IMG/VR virus record: IMGVR_UViG_3300022752_000015
Coordinates: 62,001 to 126,000 of that record
Direction: 5' to 3' (one strand)
Length of the DNA stretch: 64,000 bases
Part shown: positions 25,601-34,361 of the stretch, piece after piece
Layout of the letters: each line of letters opens with the position of its first letter
How positions within the stretch are numbered: the first letter of the stretch is position 1
Notes under the pieces: model-generated
Databases searched by the model: none
Told to the model about the DNA's origin: nothing
What the model saw: only the letters and a program-made list of their open reading frames with translations
Position numbers and translations under genes: made by a program

Positions 25601-27208
25601 GGGATGATAGTTAGCAGGAGGTGCCGTCGGATCAATCTCGGATGAAACTAGCTTTTTTGACGGTGTTTGATCATTTTTTGCAAGAACTTGCGTCGTGTAG
25701 GTTTTTAACTGAGGATCTAGATTGGTCTGTCCTTGAGAATTAGTCGTGACACCTTTCGTCAACAACTCATTTCCATCTTTTCCTGTCTCTTTTGACTTAC
25801 CTTTTTTGATACCCCCAGCTATGAATGGATAAGCATCTGACATTGAATCATCGATGTCAGTAGCATGGACGGAAGCGTTAACATTTACAGGCGGCGTAAG
25901 AGGAGCAGGGTATTTTCCATCAGCCGAAGAGATTGACGACAAATCCGTGACAACAGGTTGAGACACGGGATAAATGTTCTTTGCATTTTTTGTGGCTTCA
26001 ACTGGTACTTTCGATAGAGCCTCAAGGTCATTCTCGTACTTAGCAGATGAGATCACTTCAACGTTAGGCATGCCTGGGACGGCCTCTGATTGCAACGAAA
26101 CATTAAAAGTTTTTGACGGAGATAAGATGTCTTCACCATTTGAAAAAGAGTCAACCCCAGGAACTCTAGTGTTCGGACGAATGGCTGCATTTGTATAGTC
26201 AACAAGCGGTTTAGATTCTTGCAGAGAATTACCTACCACTTTGGCCTTGGACAATAGATCATGTCCGCTTGGGCCAACTGACGAAGTTTTTCCCTTTTGA
26301 AGACCTCCATTTTGGCCTTCTTTGAGTTCGACATAGTCTTCAACGTTATAAGCGCTGCCAACAGACGTCGCAAAAGGAGACTCACTCGCAGCAATTGGAG
26401 GGCTAAGAGGTGTTGGAACTCCTTGTGTGGTGGTCGACACAAGAACAGGATTCTCTTGATTAACAACTACAACAAAGTCGTTCTGTTCAGTCTTTGCTGC
26501 CATGAGGTCGAACGAATCTTTCAACGTCAAATCATACTGAGCAGCTGGAAAGCTCGTCGCTTCTGCTGAAGGTAGCACCATCGTTTGAACGGATTGTAAC
26601 GGGACTTCGAATCCTGCAGCAGGATTTGACGGATCTTCCCCACCTGTGAACTCATTCTGTGGGTCCCAACGATTGTCGGCGATCACGGCGGCTGTGTACT
26701 TGTCAACAGGTTCATTCGGAACGAGCTGCGTCGAGGTGTTGCCGGCCGTGGCATTACGCAAGATCTCATTGCCGTCTGGAAGATCCGCTGCCGATCGGCC
26801 TTTCTTGATCACCCCAGCAATGTTTGCATAATCAGGAGAAAAAGAGTTTGGCAACTCCTTATTAAATTGTGAAGAATTATCTGAGATACCCAGGGGGGTA
26901 GGATATCCCTGCGTCGTGATTGCCGAAGGTAACGAGGCATCAGAAGAGGCGTCGATCGTGTACTTGTTAGGTTTTGTCGACGGTCCCACCTCACCCTTGG
27001 TACTCTTACTGAGATACGTTCCCAACGTGATGCGAGTCTTCTTGCTGATGTCCTTGACGGTGTTGTCAACTGTCATGTTACCTGGATCAAGATCAGGAGG
27101 ATTCTTGTTCGCTCCGTCTTGTCCAGGAGCGACAGAATCCATCGTGTACACCTTGTTTTGATCAGCGGGATTGACGAACCCCTTATTGCCTGTCTTGATT
27201 CCGGCCAT
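22607..27208 (-). CDS. Large virion protein: N-terminal degenerate repeats plus C-terminal tube-initiator-like (gp48/gp54-like) domain
   Basis: FHAFLNSLTDDY...GFGRIEPVKIYKGTTRRIGMSF, and GFIESMQFDW...APKMCKVTISFSPIHDI; located just after the tape measure gene. Confidence 0.55.
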   Translation of the reverse strand: MAGIKTGNKGFVNPADQNKVYTMDSVAPGQDGANKNPPDLDPGNMTVDNTVKDISKKTRITLGTYLSKSTKGEVGPSTKPNKYTIDASSDASLPSAITTQGYPTPLGISDNSSQFNKELPNSFSPDYANIAGVIKKGRSAADLPDGNEILRNATAGNTSTQLVPNEPVDKYTAAVIADNRWDPQNEFTGGEDPSNPAAGFEVPLQSVQTMVLPSAEATSFPAAQYDLTLKDSFDLMAAKTEQNDFVVVVNQENPVLVSTTTQGVPTPLSPPIAASESPFATSVGSAYNVEDYVELKEGQNGGLQKGKTSSVGPSGHDLLSKAKVVGNSLQESKPLVDYTNAAIRPNTRVPGVDSFSNGEDILSPSKTFNVSLQSEAVPGMPNVEVISSAKYENDLEALSKVPVEATKNAKNIYPVSQPVVTDLSSISSADGKYPAPLTPPVNVNASVHATDIDDSMSDAYPFIAGGIKKGKSKETGKDGNELLTKGVTTNSQGQTNLDPQLKTYTTQVLAKNDQTPSKKLVSSEIDPTAPPANYHPYLADVSTPGSHTGAPHDQLTLNELRGLPVAATQRNSFPIDKNTYALDSTTTQGIPTPLANSQNDDRFVNDRVNINPPSSDASVTNFKKGKGPADSKYDGHNLLRKIDGNLSTGKDSDKYAKQIVPIVGKGTVDLATSKGNPSPDKTPADHPIKTYKGDRGSTLSLGNNRFAPHVGLDAKIPGFNPTLKLSDGKSITTMEMAQIGAGLSQRASAEIPGYLQGKFDPNGNIAEIAAQLPSVVQTGILKVDNVILEAKDMLNSLEGSFPTRSLTEIAPFGDQSWGVMNNVSEPFDDPTNIGLMITMILMMIAIRLLLELFALPTNFTGSVTKKQSPTGQRVLGSYMYTEPSGLFSLFPFDVYEIFGFKRTINRFIDCLRAGFNAFFLGSGNADVGLGELAFGALGIGLDSLIGEGQAVGYNLGVCRTIIRFGLVLAQALDRVIRSPNIVAGIKSAVGILRIIRSSKFIASFNVFTSLGDTLIERSKQSAIEGLTGPDGNPLTIAVIDAAEPNKLLNSTVLKNRLSSAGAYAYNPTLAWSAQRAPSLYLVSSNVYSLQRADTINGNKLESFKGGRALPVYYNSADPTSTVSREYHASGNGARIPNDIRKKLEDALDAEYVPFSFHDVRTNEIVSFHAFLNSLTDDYNAQYDSVDGFGRIEPVKIYKGTTRRIGMSFVVASTSDNDFDRMWVKINKLLTMIYPQYTRGRDLLGENYRFVAPFSQLIGASPLVRIRLGDLFRSNYSRFSLARLFGMADGNAEFPDADGNPTKINLENQVFTQEKEKEYQEKAKIFTGGEEVEILDENIENEIYEVAKSLIIPNVEIKQDESGNEINRLFTTPPITYKVESRLLFTDFYNVQAYARDSIIEGSEKTISAKHLKKTDAKLKETAQEVFGSSVTSLQKGFDAVANFMNPDNNAITKSFESAGGKGLAGFIESMQFDWLNQTTWSVDLGRTAPKMCKVTISFSPIHDITPGIDHMGYNRAPVYPVGAAMVNSKEKTE
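25260..27030 (-). repeat. Four degenerate ~160-aa protein repeats
   Basis: TTQGxPTPL near aa 98, 260, 586 (GKYPAPL near 431); KKG...DG[NH]xLL near aa 135, 305, 468, 623. Confidence 0.7.
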
Positions 27209-27216
27209 GGAATGAC

Positions 27217-27498
27217 CTACCCTTTCGATCCAGAATTGATGGGTGAACCATCGCTTTCTTTAATTATGCCCTCACCACTTTTCAGAGCCTCTGAAATCTT
27301 GGACGCGGCAGCTGGATCTTGTTTCATCTGGGCCATCGCCGGAATGATAGCCTCGTAGAGCGTGCCTAGCATGTATTCCACCGTCCTTAATGCCTTCGCA
27401 GCATCGAGGGCGTTCGGTGCCTTCTTGAGAACGGCCGCCACCTCAGGATCCTCGCGAAAACGCTTCAACAACTCGTCCTTTGAACCAATGTCTTTCAT
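27217..27498 (-). CDS. Hypothetical protein
   Basis: 93-aa ORF between tape measure and the 1533-aa gene. Confidence 0.65.
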   Translation of the reverse strand: MKDIGSKDELLKRFREDPEVAAVLKKAPNALDAAKALRTVEYMLGTLYEAIIPAMAQMKQDPAAASKISEALKSGEGIIKESDGSPINSGSKG

Positions 27499-27532
27499 GA
27501 TGCCACATTATAACGCGGTCGGACAGACGAGA

Positions 27533-30500
27533 TCACTTCTGCGGAGTCGATATCGTCTGCGAAATATCGTATCCTTGTGGTTCACCTGCGCGGACCGCGA
27601 GCTCTTGAATTCTAGATCTAATGATCGTGGAAGCAGAGGCTATACCATTCGCCACATCTCCTGCGCTCATGACCACGTTCAGCTGCAGGTTAAGAGCAAT
27701 GGGTTTTGCATCGATCTTGTATGTGGCTCCCCTTATGCCGAGTGATCCCAACGTCGCCTTCAGCTTCGCTTGAATCTGGTGAGGTCGTGTCGACGCGAGC
27801 TTGTTGATCTCTGTTTCAAAATTCGTTAGAGATTCGTTTAATCCGCTTACGCTGCTTGTCAAAAGTTCAGACTTGAAGGTATCTGACATCTTCGTGATCG
27901 AATCAGGAATTACCTTAAACCCTTCGACGTAAGTACCTAGGTTCGTCTGTATATCTTTCAACATGGTCACGCTGGTTATATTGATAGCAGACGCTGCATT
28001 CTTTATTGGTTCATCAAGCGTCTTAAACCCTTGTTCTCCGCCGATGGAATCAAGCATCGACTTCATCGCTGCAATCTTCATCGCGATCGAACCTCTGGCA
28101 ACGGTCCTGCCGAACGCCGCAAGAACCCCTTGAAAGCCACCTCCACCACCACCGGTCGGGACTTCTGCACCTCCTGCTCCTTCAAAACTCTTCATCACGT
28201 CTGCTATTGACTTCAACGTTGTCATTGATTCTGCAAAAGCCTTTAACTTTTGAATTGAATCCGCCTTAGGCCCGGGAGGTAACGCGTCGATCGCTGCAGA
28301 GAGGGCTGCCATGGGAGACTTATCTTGCCCGGCTTTGATCATCATTTCTGTGGGAGGTTTTACCATGTTTTGTAACAAATGAACCATCGCCCAAACTTTC
28401 GTCATTAAGTTTTTAGCAATTGTATCTTCAGGAATCTTAGCTCCAGCAGCATCTTTAATGTCAGGGAGTATTTCACCAATAGACTTTAAAATCGTTGAAA
28501 CAGTCTCAAAAGCCTCCTTCATGGATTTAACTTTTTTGCCAAAATCAGGCGACGGTTTAAACGCGTCAAAAGCAGCTCCTATCGATGATACCAAAGCTGG
28601 CATCGCACCTGCTAAGCTGCTTATCATGTCTGCTGCTGATGGTATCTTCACTACGATCTGGTTTGTGGCAAAAGATAGAGCTCCACCGACACCACCAAAG
28701 TCAATTTTGCTTAAAGATGAGTACATCGCAGTCGCCATGCCCATGACAGAAGTGATGATTTCGCCTATAAGTTTTATTCCTTCAAACTGTTTGGGATCGA
28801 TGCCAGCTATTGATTCTTTGATGCTCGAAAAAGTGCCAGACATGAATTCTTTGACGTGGTCGAGAAGAGGCTTTATCTTGTCCGTAAAAGCGCCCATGAA
28901 TTTTTCGAACCCAACAGAATCAAACTCTTCAATTTTCTTAGTCGAGTTAGAAATGCCAGTTTGCGTGGACGACACGCCTGCTTTTGTCTCTTCTTCATCT
29001 AACGTTTTTCTGAAGTTTCCTAGAGCTCCAGATAAGGATCCCATCAACGTTCCAACAGCCCCTAACACTGTTCCCAATCCGCCAGCAACCGCTGCAACAC
29101 TTTGAGCCTCTTCAGGCTTTATTCCGGTGACGTTTTCTTTAATGGTTTTTATGAGAGATTTTGCAGAAGGCAATAAAGTTCTAATAAAAGTTTTAATGCT
29201 GACTGCATTGTCCGCAAAGGTGTTAGGCAAATCCTTTTCTTCTTTTGCCAATCCCCAAAATGCTTCACTTTTTATGGTTCGGCTAAAGCTTTTGATAACT
29301 CCTGTTATAGATGAGATCAGAGTGGCGACTGAAGCTATTACAGTACCGAATGCAGCGACCGTGGCCGTAGGTACAGCTTGCAATTTTTCTATCGAATCTT
29401 TAATTACTTTTAACACTCCTATGATTCCGGTGCCATCAGATTCATTGCCTATCAAATTTTCTATTAAATCAGCTGCACCGTCAAAGGGACTCTTACCCGT
29501 GAAGCTTGAAATGATCCCGCTAATCGCACCTCCGCCCGCGGATTGTAAGACTCCCCCGATCGCGTTTATCATCTCAACGATGGATTTCATGATTGAGATA
29601 AAAGGTTCGACCTTGGTCTTTAAAATGCTCGCGTCACCCACGTCTATTTTATTGATACGTTTGATGACGTCAATTGAAGTATCTACAATTTTATCGACAA
29701 TTTTAGTCAAAACTTCAAATCCGGCGACAGAGAGTGGGCCAAGGGCTGCTACTCCAATCGCACCTATGATTGCTCCCATGATTGGAATCGTCTTAATGAA
29801 TAAATTCCCGACTGCTTCCACAACACCAACAGCTGCGTTAAGCTTTGTTGGTTCAAAGTTTTGAGTCGCGAGGCGGGTTATAATCTCGCCTGCGGTTACG
29901 ATCATCGCTGTTATGATGAGACCTAACGCAAGCAGACCAGCGGCCATGGCGATCGCTAGAGTCCCTCCAGAAGCTGTCACGGCACCGCCAACAGCCATAA
30001 GAGCTCCTGCTATGATAGCGGCCTCGGCGATCAACAAAGCAGTGACACCTAGAACTGGTAAGATATTCAAAATGCTGGACATGGTCACATGTTTCTCTTG
30101 AGCTTCTTTAGCGAGATCTACTATGCTGCTTGCGACATATAACATTCCTGCTACGATAGGAAGCATCACAAAGGCACCTGCTATAGCGCTTAAAAGAGCG
30201 GGAGCCGCTGCTCCAACAGCCGCCATGCTTGAAGCTGCCATTCCTGCAGTGACCATTAAAATTCCGGCTGCTGTGACGGCGATGCCTGCTTTCATTACTT
30301 CTTCTGTCGTTACATCGAATTTACGCATCGCAGCAATTGACAATCCCACTGCGGCGAGAGCTGCTACTATGAAGAACGCCATCATGGCGAATGATCCCGC
30401 GCTGAGTGAGAATGGTGCGGCGGCGCCGCCCGCACCGGCTTCAGCGGCGGCCTGGGCGGCACGATTCAAGGCTGCTGCTCCTAAAATCTGCGCTGCAAGC

Positions 30501-32722
30501 TTCTTTAAGAAAGGAACAATCACCACCTGCATGATCGCGGTCCCAGTGGCCTGGGCGAATGCTGTAGCAAATGCGCCGATGAATGCGAAGGACAGGTAGG
30601 CGCCAAGGATCTTAGTCCAATTTTCTTCTAGGTATTTCCCGATCGTGTTTCCGATGAAACCAAGGGCCTGCTCTCCGAGCTTGGCAAGCGGTTCCTTCAA
30701 CTTTTCGAACATTCGACCGAAGGCATCCGTGATTGGGCTCACTTCTCCCATGATTGCGTTGCCGACAGCAGAAGCCTGATCGTTGAATTTGCCTGACAAC
30801 ATATCAGTGAGAGAATTGAGTCCTGAAGACAGCATGTCTCCAATGTAGTCTATGGCGCTCGCGATGATCTTCTTCGCGGCCGTCCACATCTCGCCTAATC
30901 CGCTCAAGAAGCTCTGGCCTCCTGGACCTGACGCCGTCAAATAGTCTAAGAAGTTCTTCTTTAAGTTCTGGACCAGATCTCTGATCGTGACGGATCCACC
31001 TGTCTTAAGGATCTGAAAGAACTCCACAAAGCTCTTGGAAAAAGCCCTAAACAATCCACCGATCTTGTCTGGAGAGACCATGTCAGACAGACCTCCTAAC
31101 AGTTGCTTCAATCCTGGAATCACTTCCATCAGCTGCATTCCGAGGTCTCGCCCGGCCTGACGCACGACGTGGATGGACTTCATCAGGTTCATCATCAGAT
31201 TTCTGAAGGTGGCCGTTCTCTCCATTCCCTCCATCACGCCTTCGAAGAACACCTCGAAGAAGTTTTCTCCCTTTGGAGGTTCACCCGCCTTCACCACACG
31301 TTCGATGTCCTTCGACAACGCCTGCATCGCCTGTGCGGTGGACATCGTCTGCCCTTCAAGCCCGGCCGACGCCGCTGCGGCTCTATCCATGGAGATGCCA
31401 GCATTCTTGGTCGACAATGCCTGCCGAACAGCCGCCTCATCCATGTTGACTGACTGTGCGATGAGCTGCAACTCACGGCGGCTCATCTGATCTGCAGACT
31501 TGCCTGCGGCTGCGAAAGCCTGCTTGATCTGATCAAGAGCCTGATCAGGAGTCTCTGCCTCGAGCAACTTCATCGTGTCAAGGTTGATGCCGAAAGCCTG
31601 CGACAGCTTGGAGACGCTCTCTGCGGCTGACTCGAACGTGTTGAACGCATCAAGAACACCTGTGATGTCCTTCAACTCCAACCCCAACCCGTGAGCATAG
31701 GTCGTCGCCTTCGCAAGTTCCTTGACTGAAACGTTGGCAAAATGCTTCACATCCTTCATGGCGCGGCCCATGTCACGCGATATCATCTTGGAATCTAGGT
31801 TGAATTCCTTCGCCATTCCCTTCGCATACTTCGTGATCTCAGTCTCAATCTCGACGACGTCGCGGCCGCTCGACACGGCTGCATTCATCAGGCCTGCAAA
31901 TTCTTCCTTTGAGATGCCCAACCCCTTGGCCATCGCCAGAGCTTCCTTCGCGCTGTCCTTGAACTGAGCGGACAACTTCTGGAAGGCTGCAGGCGCCAAT
32001 GACGCCATCTCATTTGCGTATGACATGGCCTCTGCCAGGTTACCGAAGACGCGCATGGCGCTCAATCCAGGCACAATCATCCCTTGAGTGAGAGACTTGC
32101 CCATTCCGACGACGACGCCACCTAACCCAGATCCAATGTCGCCAAAGTTCTCTCTTATCTTCTCGAGCGCGGTCGCAAGCTCTGTCGACCCAGCCATCGC
32201 CGACTTTGCCTTGGAGAACAAGGCGTTGAACATCTTAATCGGACCCGTGAGAATCGCGACGCCGAGATCAAAGATGGTTCCTATTATGGTTGACAGTATA
32301 CCACCGAGGCCGCTCAACACGTTGTTCATCAACGAGATGCCAGCCTTGAAACCTTTTGCAGCCCCAGTGACCGCAGCGAGACTGACGGCAAACTTCGTGC
32401 TATTTTTGGCTGCCTTTTCCCATTCTTTGTTCAAGAGAGCAGTGAAATCGCTGAGAGATCTAATACCTTTTATCTCTTCGTTCAGCCGTTTTAGTCTTTC
32501 TTCCGCTTTCTTCTCTTCCTTGTCTCGTTGATCAGAGATTTCATCCAACAGGTCAGACAGATCGCTGCTGATCTCTGTCTGATCCTTGAGGCCCTTATTC
32601 GTCTTTAAGAGCTGTTGGGCAAGGGCAGCCATCGCGGCTGCCAACTGCTTCGTGGCTTCTACCTGTGCTGACAGATCAGGAGGGTTCGGCGGACCACCGG
32701 GTGGCGAAGGAGGAGGAGCCAT
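27533..32722 (-). CDS. Tail tape measure protein
   Basis: 1729 aa, Ala/Gly-rich helical with a central hydrophobic block; downstream of the tube and chaperone genes. Confidence 0.85.
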   Translation of the reverse strand: MAPPPSPPGGPPNPPDLSAQVEATKQLAAAMAALAQQLLKTNKGLKDQTEISSDLSDLLDEISDQRDKEEKKAEERLKRLNEEIKGIRSLSDFTALLNKEWEKAAKNSTKFAVSLAAVTGAAKGFKAGISLMNNVLSGLGGILSTIIGTIFDLGVAILTGPIKMFNALFSKAKSAMAGSTELATALEKIRENFGDIGSGLGGVVVGMGKSLTQGMIVPGLSAMRVFGNLAEAMSYANEMASLAPAAFQKLSAQFKDSAKEALAMAKGLGISKEEFAGLMNAAVSSGRDVVEIETEITKYAKGMAKEFNLDSKMISRDMGRAMKDVKHFANVSVKELAKATTYAHGLGLELKDITGVLDAFNTFESAAESVSKLSQAFGINLDTMKLLEAETPDQALDQIKQAFAAAGKSADQMSRRELQLIAQSVNMDEAAVRQALSTKNAGISMDRAAAASAGLEGQTMSTAQAMQALSKDIERVVKAGEPPKGENFFEVFFEGVMEGMERTATFRNLMMNLMKSIHVVRQAGRDLGMQLMEVIPGLKQLLGGLSDMVSPDKIGGLFRAFSKSFVEFFQILKTGGSVTIRDLVQNLKKNFLDYLTASGPGGQSFLSGLGEMWTAAKKIIASAIDYIGDMLSSGLNSLTDMLSGKFNDQASAVGNAIMGEVSPITDAFGRMFEKLKEPLAKLGEQALGFIGNTIGKYLEENWTKILGAYLSFAFIGAFATAFAQATGTAIMQVVIVPFLKKLAAQILGAAALNRAAQAAAEAGAGGAAAPFSLSAGSFAMMAFFIVAALAAVGLSIAAMRKFDVTTEEVMKAGIAVTAAGILMVTAGMAASSMAAVGAAAPALLSAIAGAFVMLPIVAGMLYVASSIVDLAKEAQEKHVTMSSILNILPVLGVTALLIAEAAIIAGALMAVGGAVTASGGTLAIAMAAGLLALGLIITAMIVTAGEIITRLATQNFEPTKLNAAVGVVEAVGNLFIKTIPIMGAIIGAIGVAALGPLSVAGFEVLTKIVDKIVDTSIDVIKRINKIDVGDASILKTKVEPFISIMKSIVEMINAIGGVLQSAGGGAISGIISSFTGKSPFDGAADLIENLIGNESDGTGIIGVLKVIKDSIEKLQAVPTATVAAFGTVIASVATLISSITGVIKSFSRTIKSEAFWGLAKEEKDLPNTFADNAVSIKTFIRTLLPSAKSLIKTIKENVTGIKPEEAQSVAAVAGGLGTVLGAVGTLMGSLSGALGNFRKTLDEEETKAGVSSTQTGISNSTKKIEEFDSVGFEKFMGAFTDKIKPLLDHVKEFMSGTFSSIKESIAGIDPKQFEGIKLIGEIITSVMGMATAMYSSLSKIDFGGVGGALSFATNQIVVKIPSAADMISSLAGAMPALVSSIGAAFDAFKPSPDFGKKVKSMKEAFETVSTILKSIGEILPDIKDAAGAKIPEDTIAKNLMTKVWAMVHLLQNMVKPPTEMMIKAGQDKSPMAALSAAIDALPPGPKADSIQKLKAFAESMTTLKSIADVMKSFEGAGGAEVPTGGGGGGFQGVLAAFGRTVARGSIAMKIAAMKSMLDSIGGEQGFKTLDEPIKNAASAINITSVTMLKDIQTNLGTYVEGFKVIPDSITKMSDTFKSELLTSSVSGLNESLTNFETEINKLASTRPHQIQAKLKATLGSLGIRGATYKIDAKPIALNLQLNVVMSAGDVANGIASASTIIRSRIQELAVRAGEPQGYDISQTISTPQK

Positions 32723-32741
32723 CTGCTAAATCCCCTAGAGA

Positions 32742-33044
32742 TCAAAGAAGCCAGCGGACGCCGAATCTGGATTCAAATCGTTCAGCTGCTGCGTGCTTCT
32801 CTTCCAACTTCTCAGTGATGGTCTGCAGACCAACTGTCGGTCTGTTTAACTCTTCGTGAAATCTCTTTGAGGCGACCATCACCTGCCGAACCGCCTCTAG
32901 CTGCTGCTGCGAACCTTTCAGGTTGACCTCACCCGCAGGATCCCCAGACAACCACATGCTGACGGAAGAAAAGAAGGCGCGGCGGGTGAGATCGTTCTTC
33001 ATCTCATTCAAGTCTATAGAGGAATTAGCATCTTGGCATGTCAT
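32742..33044 (-). CDS. Hypothetical tail-region protein
   Basis: ORF between the chaperone and tape measure genes; start probably MTCQ (33044) or later. Confidence 0.6.
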   Translation of the reverse strand: MTCQDANSSIDLNEMKNDLTRRAFFSSVSMWLSGDPAGEVNLKGSQQQLEAVRQVMVASKRFHEELNRPTVGLQTITEKLEEKHAAAERFESRFGVRWLL

Positions 33045-33110
33045 GCATATATCTAATATTTTGCTGTATAAAACATCCAAAAATATTGACAGAATTATCA
33101 CATGACAACG

Positions 33111-33384
33111 TCATGTGAATCGCCTCAGTCTAGATGGCACTTGGGACCTGGCTGCTCCCATCATGGACCTGGCGTCTGGTGTGTTGTGATGCAAAGCCTT
33201 GGACGTGCTCTTCTGCTCATCCTGACCCTTCGCAAGCTCCTTGCTGATTCTATCGATGAACCAACGTTTATACGCAACCGGGAGAGCGTAAGCCTCCCGG
33301 TACGTAAACCCGCAATAATACATCAACAGAAATGCTGGTTCTAGAACCAATGCTTCTCTATCTTGCGGCTGAAGGCCAAAGAAA
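33111..33384 (-). CDS. Frameshift-accessed extension of the tail assembly chaperone (gpGT-like)
   Basis: The +1-frame ORF FFGLQPQDRE...LMYYCGFTYREAYALPVAYKRWFI overlaps the chaperone 3' end and has only a weak TTG start. Confidence 0.65.
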
Positions 33385-34236
33385 CGAGACTCCAAGGGGC
33401 ATATTCACCTCCTCTTCGTGACCGCACGATGGACACGACGTCTCTTGCTTCATGGTGACACCAGGCTCGTTATTTCTTATGTAGTTTCTGAGAGCCAAGG
33501 AGTCAGCCGCAGGCATCAGCTTGATAAAGTTCTGTATCTTGAAACGATCTTCCACACCATCGACGGAAATGATGGCTTGTTGCAACGATGTCGTCACTGT
33601 CGAATCGGACTGAAGACCCAACTTCTTCTGCTTCTCTGCGAGATGCAAGATCTCTTCCTCGTCACGACCCGTCGGGAATTTGAAGACCACCTTCTTCTTC
33701 GTCTTAGGCAACAAGAACTCAAACGCGTTCGTCCCCTTGAGAACAGGATCGATCTCAAGCCGCTTGATGGGAAGCTCCGTCAGATTGAAAGAATGCTGAC
33801 CCTTCGCCTCACACTCATTGCACTCCATCTCGGTCATGTACTCAGGACCATATCCCGTGATGCGGACAGCGACCATGAGAGCATTTCGATCACCAACGAG
33901 AAGATCTTGAGGATTGACGGAACGATCGATCAAACACGCCTTGATGAGCTCAGATATGACAGTGCCCTTCTTGATGAGAGCACGAGAGGTGAGAATGTCC
34001 TCCTCACGAGCCGTCATAGGCCTGATCTCAACGACGTCCTGATCGTGCAGCGATGTTCCAACAGGATAGATCTTTCCAGCGCTGGGCAGAGGAACCAGCT
34101 CGGTCGGGATGTCCAAACCAAACTCTGCCTTCAGCTTTTCTGCGGCCGTCTGCGACGGCATGCGGGGATCCACACCAGCTGGGACCGAAGCCCCTGAAAA
34201 AACTGCGTTTCGTTGCTCACGTTCTTCTGTGCTCAT
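33358..34236 (-). CDS. Tail/baseplate assembly chaperone (T4 gp26/gp51-like)
   Basis: VPLPSAG..Y, IRPMTAREEDIL, two CxxC motifs, ends SFLWPSAAR; lies between tube and tape measure. Confidence 0.75.
   Translation of the reverse strand: MSTEEREQRNAVFSGASVPAGVDPRMPSQTAAEKLKAEFGLDIPTELVPLPSAGKIYPVGTSLHDQDVVEIRPMTAREEDILTSRALIKKGTVISELIKACLIDRSVNPQDLLVGDRNALMVAVRITGYGPEYMTEMECNECEAKGQHSFNLTELPIKRLEIDPVLKGTNAFEFLLPKTKKKVVFKFPTGRDEEEILHLAEKQKKLGLQSDSTVTTSLQQAIISVDGVEDRFKIQNFIKLMPAADSLALRNYIRNNEPGVTMKQETSCPSCGHEEEVNMPLGVSFLWPSAAR
33376..33384 (-). other. Candidate +1 ribosomal frameshift site TTT_CTT_TGG
   Basis: Frame 0 reads F-L-W-P; the +1 frame reads F-F-G-L. A tRNA-Phe on UUU can re-pair on UUC. 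Confidence 0.55.
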
Positions 34237-34361
34237 CTATTATTCCTTTTATAAAAAGAAGCTTATTATATACTAAACACAACTTCTTACGCGTAAATAA
34301 CAACGTGAGAAAAATTTGGCCACGCTACGTAGTTGAAAATCAAAGTATTTTGAACGTCATG

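Noticed and set aside
28458-32531. Several 100-245-aa plus-strand ORFs
   Set aside because: Antisense shadows of the Ala-rich tape measure gene.
33418-34197. 259-aa plus-strand ORF
   Set aside because: Antisense shadow of the GC-rich chaperone gene; no motifs or RBS.
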